Below, piece after piece: positions 63,326 through 64,000 of a DNA stretch of 64,000 nucleotides; within the stretch, counting starts at the first letter, position 1; the number at the start of each line of letters is the position of its first letter. Below the pieces are notes generated by a model. The model had not been told where the DNA came from. It worked only from the letters and a program-made list of their open reading frames with translations, and did not search any database. The stretch comes from Octopus sinensis (Eukaryota). The position numbers and the translations under genes were made by a program. The stretch spans positions 20,274,001 through 20,338,000 of the forward strand of contig NC_043002.1 in the NCBI RefSeq assembly GCF_006345805.1. Direction: 5' to 3'.

Positions 63326-64000
63326 TTCTGATCTCACAAGGTTGACAACTGCCTTTTTATCTCACACCATTACATGGAATAAGTTAGAAAGGTGACTTAG
63401 ATTGGGAAGAGAGGGGTCAATAGGGTACTGGATAACCAGCCATGGGGGTCACCTACTTGATTCATAATTGTCTGTCATTTGAAAACCATGTAGCATCCAT
63501 GACCGAGATACTTAACTCTCAAATAGATCAGTCCACCAGTCTGAATATAGGTTACGAGGATATTAGCGGGGAATTTGTGAAGCGAATCAGCTTCCTCTTG
63601 AAATGAGGCTCTAGTTGAGTGTAGGTTGTTGGCTTACCAGGATTATTGGCGGATTAATGAGATAGATTAGTGAGGTCAACTGACTTCCGCTTGAAATGAC
63701 AATCAGGTTGTGTTGAATCAGCAGGAAATAGAAAACTATGTAAGACTTTCAGGATTTAAGGATTAGAGTAGTGAAGTTACATATATATTGAGAAAAGGCT
63801 AAGACATAGGAACATTCTATTAGTATGCTAATGATAGAAAAAACTCCCTCAAATCACATACAACCATTTTAAAAGAAGGACACTGGAATATCTAGTCCTG
63901 AATACACTGTCTGAAAAAAGAAAAGAAAGGCTATGTAGTTGCAATCAGAATGTCTTTGATTATAGGTTTCCTTGATCAGTGCTGATCTGAGGCTAAAAAA

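Noticed and set aside
1-64000. CRISPR arrays, operons or other prokaryotic/viral systems
   Set aside because: The sequence is intron-rich eukaryotic DNA. All periodic repeats are microsatellites or dispersed mobile elements, with no repeat-spacer structure.

Overview
AT-rich, repeat-dense animal genomic DNA. The SINE, mariner and microsatellite landscape suggests an octopus/coleoid cephalopod (inference). The only protein-coding gene I can support is the 5' part of a tubulin polyglutamylase TTLL5 orthologue on the minus strand. It has six phase-compatible GT-AG coding exons (23220-23033, 13296-13187, 11486-11404, 7921-7815, 6126-6063, 2334-2268) and continues off the left edge. Its 5' UTR probably extends by long intron(s) toward a CpG-rich promoter-like zone at about 52-57 kb, which may be shared with a divergent plus-strand transcript. 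The rest is dead mobile DNA: tRNA-derived SINEs, RTE/CR1/L2 LINE ends, Tc1/mariner relics, TTAA MITEs, a Helitron-like element and Penelope-like pieces. The most interesting non-routine signals are: minimal hammerhead-ribozyme-like motifs, including a tandem pair about 295 bp apart; a palindrome-plus-tail element with a 13-bp flanking direct repeat; several near-perfect intronic hairpins; a dimeric SINE present as an inverted pair; and two candidate alternative first exons of TTLL5, one behind a TATA-box promoter. All of these were found by eye and need computational or experimental confirmation.
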